Below, piece after piece: positions 63,988-64,000 of a stretch of 64,000 nt of DNA. The translations under genes were made by a program, and so were the position numbers. This stretch comes from a virus (taxonomy: Duplodnaviria > Heunggongvirae > Uroviricota > Caudoviricetes), in IMG/VR virus record IMGVR_UViG_3300022562_001204, positions 142,551-206,550 of that record; one strand, written 5' to 3'. Positions within the stretch are counted from its first letter, which is position 1. Each line of letters starts with the position of its first letter. The notes under the pieces were generated by a model that was not told the origin of the DNA, ran no database searches, and was given only the letters and a program-made list of their open reading frames with translations.

Positions 63988-64000
63988 GACTTATATAAGG

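Noticed and set aside
1-64000. Alternative genetic code (stop-codon reassignment)
   Set aside because: Core genes are full length under the standard code, and TAA, TAG and TGA all end genes where the next gene or a hairpin begins.

Overview
This 64 kb window is part of a nucleus-forming (phiKZ-like, Chimalliviridae-type) jumbo phage genome, and most genes are on the minus strand. From left to right it holds: (1) a cluster of large modular tail-fibre/adhesin-like genes (1-13.7 kb); (2) an accessory region (13.8-32 kb) with an HD hydrolase, a frameshifted DUF3307-like gene, Ntn-hydrolase-like and NUDIX-like genes, an AAA ATPase, DenV, an inner-head-type protein, HTH and NUMOD-type DNA-binding proteins, and about 14 small basic ORFans; (3) the core nucleus module, with an RNAP beta-prime N-terminal subunit (NADFDGD), chimallin ChmA and the PhuZ tubulin; (4) a five-gene array of an unrecognised repeat-protein family; (5) the terminase, baseplate, sheath and tube block; (6) DHFR, a family B DNA polymerase and a P-loop kinase. 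The most notable unexplained signals are: a shared basic N-terminal peptide (M-[KRN]-[RK]-[ILVT]) on a run of otherwise unrelated small proteins; a six-member family with a DP-x-x-P-x-S-[YFW] repeat; about 20 intergenic hairpins with conserved outer flanks (TGACRRCATA/TATGYYGTCA); a seven-copy bipartite promoter-like motif upstream of chmA, phuZ and other genes; and a structured G-rich intergenic element beside an AT-rich tract at about 45 kb. I found no tRNA, rRNA, CRISPR array, integrase or transposase. All family assignments come from motif recognition by eye, not from database searches.
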